The notes: a model not told the origin generated them from the sequence alone. A stretch of 64,000 nt of DNA from an uncultured Chlamydiae bacterium (GCA_963713615.1 CAVQMM010000001.1:2784001-2848000), one strand, 5' to 3'; shown: positions 37,063-47,082, numbered from the stretch's first letter. Made by a program: numbers and translations.

Positions 37063-40000
37063 CTATGTGTGGGACTTTAACGGTTTAGCAGCCTCTATGA
37101 ATTCATTGACCTGCTCAACAAGCTTCGTCTGGTTCTGACGAGACCGAGCGGCATCCTCAAGCGTTGTCATGAGCAATATTTCTAGTTGCTGAAAACTCTT
37201 TAGCCGCTGCTCTAGCTCGGTAAGATGCTCTCGACCTGCGGCAGAGGGAATTTGCCCTTCGAGCAGCTTCTTTTCTTTCTGAATAGCCGCTATTTGCTGA
37301 TTAATGAGAACGATGACATTTTTGCCACCAGCTACAATCTTTTGAGCATCGGGAGAGTAAGGATCCAAACTCAACTTACCATCGTTGTAGTCATAGTGAG
37401 TGGCGTTGAGTCCGACTAAATCAACGATTTGATCGGAAATATCACCCTGTCCAGCATTCGTCAATGCTGAGGTACCGAGGATATTGTAGATATCCTTAGA
37501 CTGTTTAATTTCCTCGATCAGCTTCTGGAAGACATCATCAATGGCTTGTTGCTTCTTAACTTGCTCAGCAAGCGAGAGCTCATTTTGGTAGGCTTTGACA
37601 AGTGCCGGCACAGCTGTCTGATCTAATGCCAGCTTAGCTTCCTGATCTTCTTTGAAGCTATGTGCCGCTTGATAGGCGTCTTGCAGTTTTTGTAATATTC
37701 CATATTGAACAATCTGTTGCTGCCTGACAGTATCAACGGCTCTATCGAACGAATGATATAAGACCTCAGCTAAGTGCTCTCTCAGGGCATGCTCCTCACT
37801 TAGACTGCGGATGTACATGACCAGCTGCAAACGCTGTAGGGAGTTAGTAAAGTCTCCCCAAGGAATCATGGCTGTGCCAGGCACGCCATATTTGATCGAC
37901 TGGATCAGCCGTAAATCATCGCGCGTGTTAATCCAATCGAGGTTTGTTAGCATACGTGGTTTGGATTCAGTCATCGTACCGGCGCGAAGACCATTACCAG
38001 CGCCCTCTTTACCGTGGCAGATGGCACAGTTTTCAATAAATGACTTCTCTCCTGCCGCCAGATTTTCTGGTGTATAGTACTTTTGCTTGATGTAGTACGC
38101 CTTACGATCCACGCCAGATACGGGATAGGGTTTGATGTCAAACACATCCGATACATGTTGGGCATTGGGATCAGGCGTCGTCATTGGCTTGAGAGCTGCT
38201 AAAAACTTAGCAGCGCCTTCGGCATCATAAAGCGCGGAACCTCTCAGAACATCGCCCTCTTGATGTAATTCACGTAGCACATCTTCAGGTTGATAATGCC
38301 ACTTGAGAGGCTGTGTTTGACTGTTATCTTCTTCTGGGATGCCTATGAATAACCAGTCAGCTAGACGTTTAATCTCCTGAGACGTAAAAACCGGCGTTGT
38401 GTTCCCATGGATTTTGTCTTTGGCCAGCTCGCCCCAAGGAGGCATGGGTGTCCCCTTCACTCCATGTGTGATGGACTCTATGACGCGTTCTTTTGTAAGG
38501 TTTTGCAAAAAGTTGGCGTTGCGTAGATTTTTTGGAATGGGATAGAGCCACTGCGCTACAGGTCCATCACCCTGACGGTAGTCGCCGTGACATTGTGCAC
38601 AATTAATATGGTAGGCCACTTCGGGGTTGAAGCCGCGATTGTCCCACAACTCTCGTTCCACCGCCGCATTGCGAGGTGCTAGAGTATCTAACATGTAGGT
38701 CAAGGTATAGAATTTCGTCTCATCAAACGGAAAGACGGGCATGATGGAACGAGCGACATGTGTCACAGGGTTATAGAAGTGTTCCATAAGCCACTCGTCG
38801 GAACGATAAATGCCCGACCAATTGGGTCTAGGGCCTACAAGGCGTCCCAGACCATACTCTTGAATATACATCTTCAATACGCGTTCTACACGCTCTTTCC
38901 ACTGATTCAGCTGTGCCAGGGCTGCCGCTTTTTCTTGGGCAGAAGCCGCCTTAGCAGCTGCTTGCTGATAGTATGCATTTTTGGCGCGTGAGGCAAACTT
39001 GAAATCGGAATACAGGGCCTCGATAATACCCGGATGCTTTTCCTCAATTTCCTCAATAATCGATCCCTGACGCACACCATCGGCGATTCTATGATCGATC
39101 TCGTCAGCATGATCGTCTATAGCCTGAACGATTTGTGATCCAAGAGCTTCTTCTGGAAAAAGACCGCTAAACCATTCATGTTGCTTATACATCTCGGCAA
39201 AAGTCGGTTCATGGCCTTTTTCGATGGCAAAGCCCACATTGGATTCGAATCCCTTAAGACGATGGCATGCGGAACACCCCTGAGTGGCGAATATCGTCAT
39301 CCCAAAGCGCAAATCGTGAATTTTTGCCGCAGGAACGGGCAATTCAAAAGACTGCTTCTTCTTGCCCTCTTCCCATTGTTTTACAATGACATCGTAGTCA
39401 ACCTGCGAGATAGCATGCGGCCGCCCTCTCTGTCCTAGTAGAAAGCAGGTAATAGCTTCGAGCTCTTCGTGATCAAGTTTATAGTTTGGCATGGTAGAAG
39501 TTGGTAGATCGGCCTGAGGCCATACGACGGACTCCTTGACAAACCAAGGATATTTGAAGCCTTCAGCGGTTAGTTCAGGGCCCACTCCCCCTCTCGCCAG
39601 GCCAGCAATGCGGTGGCAGGCATAGCATGCCTGAGAAATGTAAAGCTGCTCGCCACGTTCATAGCATTGGATCATGCGATCAACATCGCCAGTGACAGCT
39701 TGCTTGACCTGATCCTGCGCAAGAGAGATCGAAAGACCACTTTCGGCCTTTCCAATATGATGTAAGAAAATTTGTTGTCTTTCTGCCGCCGCGGCCTTAG
39801 CAAATAGGTGGCCTTGTGTGTCCTTGTGTGCCTCTACAAATTTGTCAATGGTCGCATCAGCTGCCGTGGGTTGTGCCCAAACACTCTTATCCAGTTCGTC
39901 GGCAATTTTTTGCGTACCCAGCGATGCCAATATCTGTCCCTCGATGTACTTTAGGGCAGCTGTCTGGCGGGCTAAGTTATCCACTGCGGGAATATTCCCC

Positions 40001-41115
40001 ACGGCGACACGCAAAAATGCTGCCTGTGCTGCAGCCTCTCCACGCTCTGTTTGTGGCAAGCTATATTCCGTTTCTCGTGCTGTAACAGCCTTCAACGTGG
40101 CGTCATAACCCTGGGAATTAATAGCTTTGCGAAGGGTCAACAAGGTGATCAGAGCTTTCTTTTCAGTGTTGTAAGCCTTCTGAACGTCCTGCGCCTGCTG
40201 GGCAGTCTGGTTCTTTAGGTTAGTGACAGTGCTGATGGCCCCTTGGAGCTGCGACGATGACGACAGGTGACACTGCACGCAATTGGCTTGAATTAGTTCT
40301 CCAGGAAATATCGGAGTTGTCTGAAAAAGCAGTTTATGCCCCGGTTTATGGTTAAATATTTTTGAGAAGATAGGATCATTGTCAGGATCAACTTCAAGAA
40401 ACTGCGGTTCAGGCCCTTCAAATGACTCTGGGTATTGCCCATCAAACACGGGTCCATGAGCCTTTTCAATGGTTAAGGCGCGACCATTTCCGCTGTGGCA
40501 TACAGTACAGCCATATTCTTCCACGGGGTGAAACTCGAAGGGACGTGATTCCTTTCCGATCAAAGGATGCATCGCTATGGCTTTGGTCATATCGACTTGG
40601 CGGTCTCCCACCCAAGCCGATTTTAAAGCCTTCAGCTTGTCAGCTTCGGCTATTCGCTCTTTAACCTGGGCCTCATCGCTATGCTCTTTTAAAGCCTCCA
40701 GAGCTTTCTCGTCGGATAGGGCAGCAACCCTGTCATCAAGCAGCTGCCAGACATAATTTTCGTTGGCCACCTTAACGGGGTAGCCTTCTTTGTCCAGAAC
40801 GACTTGTCCATTGACATCCGTGGCGATTTTTGTGGGCGAAAAATGCGCTAGCTGGAGTGCAACATGACAGCTTGTGCAGCGGTCTACGATCTCAGGACCA
40901 TTGTGCTCCTGAGGTAAGACTATCTGCCTGATACCTATATCAAACGGTGCCGGATTTTCATGGGTTATCGTGGATCGAAATTCCTCTAAGGCGATATATG
41001 TCTGCTGAAATTGCTTGTATTGGGGATAAACTTCGCGCGACAAGAAGATGCCAAAGAGGATCGTGGTGACCACGAGTAAGAAGATCAGGCTCAGTTGATA
41101 GAGTTCAGATCGCAC
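37063..41115 (-). CDS. Membrane-anchored heptaheme c-type cytochrome (1350 aa)
   Basis: N-terminal TM; CTSCH, CTVCH, CVQCH, CYACH, CSACH, CAQCH and CAICH; long helical inserts. Confidence 0.9.
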   Translation of the reverse strand: MRSELYQLSLIFLLVVTTILFGIFLSREVYPQYKQFQQTYIALEEFRSTITHENPAPFDIGIRQIVLPQEHNGPEIVDRCTSCHVALQLAHFSPTKIATDVNGQVVLDKEGYPVKVANENYVWQLLDDRVAALSDEKALEALKEHSDEAQVKERIAEADKLKALKSAWVGDRQVDMTKAIAMHPLIGKESRPFEFHPVEEYGCTVCHSGNGRALTIEKAHGPVFDGQYPESFEGPEPQFLEVDPDNDPIFSKIFNHKPGHKLLFQTTPIFPGELIQANCVQCHLSSSSQLQGAISTVTNLKNQTAQQAQDVQKAYNTEKKALITLLTLRKAINSQGYDATLKAVTARETEYSLPQTERGEAAAQAAFLRVAVGNIPAVDNLARQTAALKYIEGQILASLGTQKIADELDKSVWAQPTAADATIDKFVEAHKDTQGHLFAKAAAAERQQIFLHHIGKAESGLSISLAQDQVKQAVTGDVDRMIQCYERGEQLYISQACYACHRIAGLARGGVGPELTAEGFKYPWFVKESVVWPQADLPTSTMPNYKLDHEELEAITCFLLGQRGRPHAISQVDYDVIVKQWEEGKKKQSFELPVPAAKIHDLRFGMTIFATQGCSACHRLKGFESNVGFAIEKGHEPTFAEMYKQHEWFSGLFPEEALGSQIVQAIDDHADEIDHRIADGVRQGSIIEEIEEKHPGIIEALYSDFKFASRAKNAYYQQAAAKAASAQEKAAALAQLNQWKERVERVLKMYIQEYGLGRLVGPRPNWSGIYRSDEWLMEHFYNPVTHVARSIMPVFPFDETKFYTLTYMLDTLAPRNAAVERELWDNRGFNPEVAYHINCAQCHGDYRQGDGPVAQWLYPIPKNLRNANFLQNLTKERVIESITHGVKGTPMPPWGELAKDKIHGNTTPVFTSQEIKRLADWLFIGIPEEDNSQTQPLKWHYQPEDVLRELHQEGDVLRGSALYDAEGAAKFLAALKPMTTPDPNAQHVSDVFDIKPYPVSGVDRKAYYIKQKYYTPENLAAGEKSFIENCAICHGKEGAGNGLRAGTMTESKPRMLTNLDWINTRDDLRLIQSIKYGVPGTAMIPWGDFTNSLQRLQLVMYIRSLSEEHALREHLAEVLYHSFDRAVDTVRQQQIVQYGILQKLQDAYQAAHSFKEDQEAKLALDQTAVPALVKAYQNELSLAEQVKKQQAIDDVFQKLIEEIKQSKDIYNILGTSALTNAGQGDISDQIVDLVGLNATHYDYNDGKLSLDPYSPDAQKIVAGGKNVIVLINQQIAAIQKEKKLLEGQIPSAAGREHLTELEQRLKSFQQLEILLMTTLEDAARSRQNQTKLVEQVNEFIEAAKPLKSHT

Positions 41116-41132
41116 TAGTTATGCCCTCTCGC

Positions 41133-42458
41133 TCAATGTCGGGAAAAGGTTTCGGTCCATGGCCAGATCCAGCCCCAATTAGCCCCTCGAAAAAATGTTC
41201 CTATCACAATCAGAATTGCCTGGCTCGTCATGAACAATGTCCACAGAAAAATCGCCAAATAACGGCTGCGATGGAACCAGTATCCGGTACCATAAGGATT
41301 ACGATCGAGGTATGGCACAGCCATCAAGCCCACGACGATCAGACCTGGAATACCTACTCCTCCCCAGAAAGCGCTGTAGGAAACCATTTCCTGCAAACCC
41401 AAAAAGTACCAAGGAGCCTTGGAGGGATTCGGTGGTGCTGTAGCGTTCGCTGGTTCCTCTAACGGAGCATCGATAAATGAAAGTCCCAGAGTCAACACCA
41501 ATGTAAAGAGAAAGGCAACTGTCTCAGCTCGCAAAAGATTCGGCCAGGTAAAGATGAAGTTATAGGGCCCCTTGTCAACGGTTGGACACGTCCCACGCAC
41601 TAGCTCCATCAGTCCATAGGTGCGCTTGACCCCTGGAGCGAATGTCTCCTTGGTGTCGGATCGTTGCACCACACGAAGAGGGTCTGGTCGAATCTTATCG
41701 GGTGGACGCGATAGTCCCCCATCCTTGCGGATGCGCCAAAAATGCACGCCAATGAGAGTACCGGCGATCAGGGGCAACACGACGACGTGAAGAACATAAA
41801 AGCGGATCAAAGCGTCTTGTCCTACGCTTGTAGAAGCCAGCAGCATGACGCGGTTAACGTTGTACTGAAAACCAGGCAGATTAGGGGCATAGCCAGCAAT
41901 CTCCGTTCCTACGGTAATAGCCCAGAAGGCCAGTTGGTCCCACGGTAAAAGGTAACCTGTAAAAGACAATACCAAGGTGAGCACGAGCAACGTGACGCCG
42001 ATGACCCAATTGAACCGTCGTTCTCCTTTATAGGAGCCCGTATAAAAGACCCGGGACATGTGAAGCATGACGAACATCACCATCAGGTGAGCGCTCCAAC
42101 GATGCATGTTGCGGTACATCTGTGCAAAAGGGGTGGTGTCCTGCCAATCCTTCATGATGTCGTAGGCACGGTCAACCGTAGGGATGTAGAAAAACATCAA
42201 GACGACACCCGTCCAGGTCAGAATTAAGAACAAACTCGTAGAGATAGCACCCAGCCCTAACGTATAGAAGGGGTCGACACTGTTCTTATGGCACTTCACA
42301 GGGTGAAAGTGCAGGAAAAAATTCTTAAAGACGATTTCGGACCGATCGACATCATTGTTGGGATAGTTATGCCGAAAAATTGAACGCAAAAAGGTTCTAG
42401 GAAGATTGGCTAAGTATTCAGCCCAGGATTCACGTGGTGTGCCCTTAAAGACAGCCAT
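41133..42458 (-). CDS. petB: Cytochrome b of a Rieske/cytb complex (b6-like plus subunit IV-like in one chain)
   Basis: RNMHRWSAH..LHMSRVF, FTGYLLPWDQ, RFYVLH-x14-H and the Qo motif variant KAPWYF. Confidence 0.92.
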   Translation of the reverse strand: MAVFKGTPRESWAEYLANLPRTFLRSIFRHNYPNNDVDRSEIVFKNFFLHFHPVKCHKNSVDPFYTLGLGAISTSLFLILTWTGVVLMFFYIPTVDRAYDIMKDWQDTTPFAQMYRNMHRWSAHLMVMFVMLHMSRVFYTGSYKGERRFNWVIGVTLLVLTLVLSFTGYLLPWDQLAFWAITVGTEIAGYAPNLPGFQYNVNRVMLLASTSVGQDALIRFYVLHVVVLPLIAGTLIGVHFWRIRKDGGLSRPPDKIRPDPLRVVQRSDTKETFAPGVKRTYGLMELVRGTCPTVDKGPYNFIFTWPNLLRAETVAFLFTLVLTLGLSFIDAPLEEPANATAPPNPSKAPWYFLGLQEMVSYSAFWGGVGIPGLIVVGLMAVPYLDRNPYGTGYWFHRSRYLAIFLWTLFMTSQAILIVIGTFFRGANWGWIWPWTETFSRH

Positions 42459-42488
42459 AGTTAAAAAGTTACTCCCATCGCATTGTGG

Positions 42489-42998
42489 TTAGACCATCGG
42501 CGCAAACCACGCTTCGATGTCATTTAATGTTGTTTGTGACTTATCACACATAATTTCGCCCGAAGCTCCCAGAAAGCACTTAAAGTAAACTAAAGGGCGC
42601 GGAGCCGGGCCTCCAGTGTTATGCCCTAATAGGTCATAGGTAGAACCGTGGCAGGGACATTGATAGCCTGTCTCTACCATATGTACCGTGCATCCTAAAT
42701 GTGTACATACCGCCGTTTGAACACGCACTTTGCCATTTTCCGAATCTACAAAGACCTTCTGCTTGGGCACAAAAACTTTTCCTTGGTGAGCGAGAACTTC
42801 ATCTGGCCGTCCCAAAGAAAAAATGCTCGGAGGAATCTTCATCGCATTAGGCCAGAGAAAACCCAGCATTGAGGCACCCATCAGATTCAGGGCTCCGAAG
42901 CCTACCCCAACGCCTAATAGAGCTAAAAAAGAGCGCCGAGAAATGCGAGGATCCCTGTCATCTGCATCAACATTTAAAGAGTTCCGTAGCTTAGGCAT
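42489..42998 (-). CDS. petC: Rieske [2Fe-2S] subunit
   Basis: SRRSFL twin-arginine anchor; CTHLGC and CPCHGSTY; GPAPRPL. Confidence 0.93.
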   Translation of the reverse strand: MPKLRNSLNVDADDRDPRISRRSFLALLGVGVGFGALNLMGASMLGFLWPNAMKIPPSIFSLGRPDEVLAHQGKVFVPKQKVFVDSENGKVRVQTAVCTHLGCTVHMVETGYQCPCHGSTYDLLGHNTGGPAPRPLVYFKCFLGASGEIMCDKSQTTLNDIEAWFAPMV

Positions 42999-43066
42999 GT
43001 AAAAATCCGTTTTTTATAAATGATATATGCGTAAAGCTCTTTCTTGACAATACACTCGTAGAGCCT

Positions 43067-43476
43067 AGGATTCGGATTAACACGGATTTAGGATGGGATT
43101 AGGAGTAACACGGATGCACACGGATCTAGGAGGATTTAGGATGGGATTAGGAGTAACACGGATGCACACGGATCTAGGAGGATTTAGGAGGATAGGATTA
43201 GGATTTAGGATAGGACTAATGGTGGATTTTAAAGAAGTAAAAATGGGGTCTAGGAAAACTCCTAAACAATTTTTTACTCTTAATTCTATCCTCCTAAATC
43301 CTCCTAGATCCGTGTGCATCCGTGTTACTCCTAATCCTATCCTCCTAGATCCGTGTGCATCCGTGTTACTCCTAATCCTATCCTCCTAGATCCGTGTGCA
43401 TCCGTGTTACTCCTAATCCCATCCTAAATCCTCCTAGATCCGTGTGCATCCGTGTTACTCCTAGTCCCATCCTAAT
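43067..43476. repeat. Repeat family B expanded inverted cluster (2+ forward, 4 reverse units)
   Basis: GGAGTAACACGGATGCACACGGATCTAGGAGGAT units at 43067-43212, inverted at 43286-43476. Confidence 0.9.
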
Positions 43477-43618
43477 CGTCCTTATCCTCGCTCTCATCGC
43501 GGAACATCTGGTATTTGACATCTTCCACATCATCAAACTGCCCTTTGTACCAATAGTAGAGGAAGATCAGGAGGGCCGATAGACCTGCAGCTAAACTCAG
43601 CACCAGGTCTACAAACAT
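43472..43618 (-). CDS. ccoS: cbb3-type oxidase assembly protein CcoS (48 aa, absent from ORF track)
   Basis: MFVDLVLSLAAGLSALLIFLYYWYKGQFDDVEDVKYQMFRDESEDKDD*: TM plus GQFDD motif. ATG lies 1 nt after the oxidoreductase stop. Confidence 0.85.
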   Translation of the reverse strand: MFVDLVLSLAAGLSALLIFLYYWYKGQFDDVEDVKYQMFRDESEDKDD

Positions 43619-43619
43619 C

Positions 43620-45452
43620 TCAACCTATCCACCTAAAGCTATAGTTCATCGCATCCATCGTTACTGCTTGGGTTGGGCACTTTTCAGCACACAATCCACA
43701 GCGAATGCACAAGTCCTCATCTTTCATCATGATGGTACCCATGAGGGCTAGGTCATGCTCCGACATTTCCACTGAATCCACTCCGTAGAAGTTATCCACA
43801 GCACGGCGCACATTGCCCTCTCCAGCATCCAAGTTTACTTTGCTGACAGGCACCTGCATTAAGCAATTGGTAGGGCATACATCAACACATCCATTACATT
43901 TGATGCAGAGCGTCCCATCGAAAACCGGAGAGACATGACACTGCAAACAGCGGTTGGCCTGCTGATGCACAGCTTCGTCGGTATAGTTGTTCTCAACATA
44001 CTCCAGGTTCTTAACACGACTGTGCGCCGGCTGCGAGGTAGGCAATGCCCACTTGGTCCTCAGATATCCCTTGTCACGCATAGGAATAATTTCTGTAAAT
44101 TCAGCCACGAACTCACGATAGGGTTTTGTGCCACGTAGATCGCTGTCTATCGTCCTGGCAGTTTCTTGACCATGCCTGATAGCCGTGATAAACAACGCCG
44201 GACCGAATCCCACATCGCCGCCCGAATAGACTCTTGGAACACTCGTACGCCCAGTGCCTCTCTCTGTTTTGATGAGACCTCGGTCAATCACTAGCTGGTC
44301 ACGCTTATCCCAGCCGTCGAGGAAGGCGGTATCCATTGCCTGACCAATGGCCAGCGCTACCGTGTCACAAGGAATCACATACTGGCTGTCTGGAACATAC
44401 TTAGGGGCAAAACGTCCCTGAGAATCAAACAGGCTGTAGATAGGCTGTACCTTAAGCCCAATCACTCTGCCCTGTTCATCGCGCTCAACAGAAATTGGCC
44501 CGACACGGTTGATCAGCTCCACACCTTCTTCATGCCCATCTTCGATTTCGAATTCATCAGCTGTTTGTTCATCGCGGGATTCCAAGCAGACCATGGTGAT
44601 CTTTTCCGCACCATTTCGTACTGAGGAGCGCGCCACATCAAAAGCCACGTTGCCCCCACCAACAACGACGATGCGCTTACCAATAGCCCAGCGCTCATCA
44701 GCGCATAACACTCGCAAATACTCAACACCACGAATAATATCGGGACCATCAGCTCCCGGGATGGGCAGCTCGCGAGATTTCCATAGGCCAATGCCTATGA
44801 AAATGGCATCATATTTTTCCTGAAGCTGGTTCATTGTGATGTCGCGACCAATCTTAGTATTGTAGTACACCTGAGCACCCAGATGTTCGATCGCACGACA
44901 TTCAGTAATGGCTAATTTATTCTTTAGACGATAGGTGGGCACGCCATGGGTCAACATACCGCCAGGCATAGACATCATCTCAAAGACATCCACAGCATAG
45001 CCCAAGCGTAGCAAGTCGTGAGCTGTTGTCAGTGAGGCTACTCCAGCACCAATACAAGCAACTTTCAGTCCATTTGGTGTAGGCTTGGTAGAACCGCGGG
45101 CAAAGCTAAACTCCAAGGATCGATTGAGGGCCGCCTGATCTTCTCCAAACCATTCATCAAGATAACGCTTTTGAGCACGAATGGTGAGCGTCTTATCCAC
45201 ACGATCACGACGACAGGCTATTTCGCAGGGAGCTCCACAGATCATGCCACAGATCGATGCAAAAGGATTCGGACCACGGGCTATTTTGTAGCCTTCTAGA
45301 AGATTGCCCGCATGAATCGCCAGCATATAGCCACGTCCATCCGTATTCACTGGACAACCATCACGGCAGTCAATCTGACGCAAGTAGTAATCGACATCTG
45401 GAATGGTAACGTCGTACAGTTGGCGGTAGGCGTCGTCAAGCTCTTCGGTCAC
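43620..45452 (-). CDS. FAD/NAD(P)H-dependent Fe-S oxidoreductase (GltD/NfnB/DsrL-like) with C-terminal 2x[4Fe-4S] ferredoxin
   Basis: CRDGCP, CGMICGAPCEIAC, IGAGVAS, GGGNVAFDVAR, RCLQC, CIKCNGCVDVCP and CIRCGLCAEKCP; AAGGAG SD before the GTG start. Confidence 0.88.
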   Translation of the reverse strand: MTEELDDAYRQLYDVTIPDVDYYLRQIDCRDGCPVNTDGRGYMLAIHAGNLLEGYKIARGPNPFASICGMICGAPCEIACRRDRVDKTLTIRAQKRYLDEWFGEDQAALNRSLEFSFARGSTKPTPNGLKVACIGAGVASLTTAHDLLRLGYAVDVFEMMSMPGGMLTHGVPTYRLKNKLAITECRAIEHLGAQVYYNTKIGRDITMNQLQEKYDAIFIGIGLWKSRELPIPGADGPDIIRGVEYLRVLCADERWAIGKRIVVVGGGNVAFDVARSSVRNGAEKITMVCLESRDEQTADEFEIEDGHEEGVELINRVGPISVERDEQGRVIGLKVQPIYSLFDSQGRFAPKYVPDSQYVIPCDTVALAIGQAMDTAFLDGWDKRDQLVIDRGLIKTERGTGRTSVPRVYSGGDVGFGPALFITAIRHGQETARTIDSDLRGTKPYREFVAEFTEIIPMRDKGYLRTKWALPTSQPAHSRVKNLEYVENNYTDEAVHQQANRCLQCHVSPVFDGTLCIKCNGCVDVCPTNCLMQVPVSKVNLDAGEGNVRRAVDNFYGVDSVEMSEHDLALMGTIMMKDEDLCIRCGLCAEKCPTQAVTMDAMNYSFRWIG

Positions 45453-45744
45453 AATTTGCTCCTTAGTAGCGCGTACTGTAGCAAACCAAACCTATTTTTG
45501 ACGAAATCTTTACTTGCATGCGACAGAGACCACAATCGATCGCAAACCTGGAAGTTGGACATTTTTTGGCTCAGTGCGATATAAAGACCTCTTACCAAAA
45601 ACAACCATTCATTACCTCGCCAACAAAAAATAACCTTGCATATTTATTCATCAATAATGTAAGCTTATTACGGAATAATAAAAATCTAACTTATTAACAG
45701 TTGTTATAACCAGTTAAAAACAACAAAAAAACAAGGCTTATAAA

Positions 45745-46791
45745 ATGGAAAACTTTAAACCCTCTCTGGGCGCGCTTGATTTACTTCTAACAGTAAACAA
45801 GTATGTTCAAACAAAGACTCTAGATAAATTAATCGAGACGCAAAGCAATTCACAAAAAAAAACAACACTGGAATGCTTAAAGATACTTACATCAGAAGAA
45901 ACTCTTAAAAACAAAAAAGGTATTTTAGACAAAAAAGAATACATCCAATCCGTCATACACCTCTTGAACGCACATTTAGAAAATTCAGCAGCTATCGTAG
46001 GGCAACAAACGCTTATTACTACCACAACAACACAACAAACCCAACATAATAATAATAATAATAACATCGCAAATTCATTACAAAATAACATAGAAAACAC
46101 AAAAACACCAACAAAACTAAATACAATTGAAAAAGAAATTTTTGACCACATTACAATTACATGCAAATACCAACCGGCAATAGATCACATTGCATTTAAG
46201 CGAATTTTAATTAAATACACAGAAGATGAAATACTAAAAGCAATAAATAGTCTATCGGAAAATAAACTAGCAAGTGCAATTGATCTAGAAATGTTAAAAT
46301 TTACGGCAAAAGACTATTTTGAACGAAAACCTAAAATATCCCAAGCCTTCGAAGCGTTTGCAAGAGGCACAATGCCAACCATTAACTACATATTGGAAAA
46401 GCAATACCAGAACATAGGCAGTAAAAGAATTGATTATTGTGAAACCGATTCTTGGAAAGAGGAACTGAGGGCCCAAGGACAAAACGTGGAAGCTAACATC
46501 TTTGAGCGTCTAGTTGGTGATGTTATCACGCACATCGAATCCGAAAGATGCCGCTATCGTAAGAACCCAGGCAATTTCACAAGAACGGATTTTCGCCCCT
46601 CCCAATTAAGGATGCAAGTCGGTCTTCTACAGGCCTGCAGAGTCCAGGATAGAGAATCCCTAGAATTGCTAAAGGAGTCCTCATTCCTTGGTGCTCAGTT
46701 TAACGTTCTCGCTAACAAGATCCTAAACAGATCTGATATTTCCGAAGAAAGTCGCCATGTGTTGATCGAAGTAATGAACAGTCAACGCTAA
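45745..46791 (+). CDS. Hypothetical protein, A-rich 5' half with poly-T/Q/N tract
   Basis: 348-aa ORF containing TTTTTQQTQHNNNNNN. Confidence 0.7.
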   Translation: MENFKPSLGALDLLLTVNKYVQTKTLDKLIETQSNSQKKTTLECLKILTSEETLKNKKGILDKKEYIQSVIHLLNAHLENSAAIVGQQTLITTTTTQQTQHNNNNNNIANSLQNNIENTKTPTKLNTIEKEIFDHITITCKYQPAIDHIAFKRILIKYTEDEILKAINSLSENKLASAIDLEMLKFTAKDYFERKPKISQAFEAFARGTMPTINYILEKQYQNIGSKRIDYCETDSWKEELRAQGQNVEANIFERLVGDVITHIESERCRYRKNPGNFTRTDFRPSQLRMQVGLLQACRVQDRESLELLKESSFLGAQFNVLANKILNRSDISEESRHVLIEVMNSQR

Positions 46792-46843
46792 GTAAAGGAC
46801 CAAGCGACGAAAGTCTTTTCATTTAAAATGCTCGCAAACCCTC

Positions 46844-46872
46844 TTGACAAACAACCCTATTGACGGTATAGT
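46844..46872 (+). promoter_or_regulatory. sigma70/sigma66-type promoter
   Basis: TTGACA-N17-TATAGT. Confidence 0.65.
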
Positions 46873-47082
46873 TATTAAATAATTCACACACATTTAATAT
46901 AAAGAAATGAGTTCTTTTAACATCAACAGACAAGGACGTTCATTGGAACCCAATTTCAACGAACTCTTTAATAGATACGATGATGGGAATATAGTACAAA
47001 ACCCAAAAAATCCTATGCCAATTCTCCACTGAGGGATATTCTGTAAAATCCATCAGTACTTCAAAAGGCATTGTGAGGCAAT

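Noticed and set aside
43067..43476. CRISPR array
   Set aside because: Units are head-to-tail without unique spacers and occur in both orientations.
43620..45452. Glutamate synthase small subunit or DsrL of sulfur metabolism
   Set aside because: No gltB or dsr genes nearby, and the gene is coupled to ccoS and the Rieske/cytb cluster.
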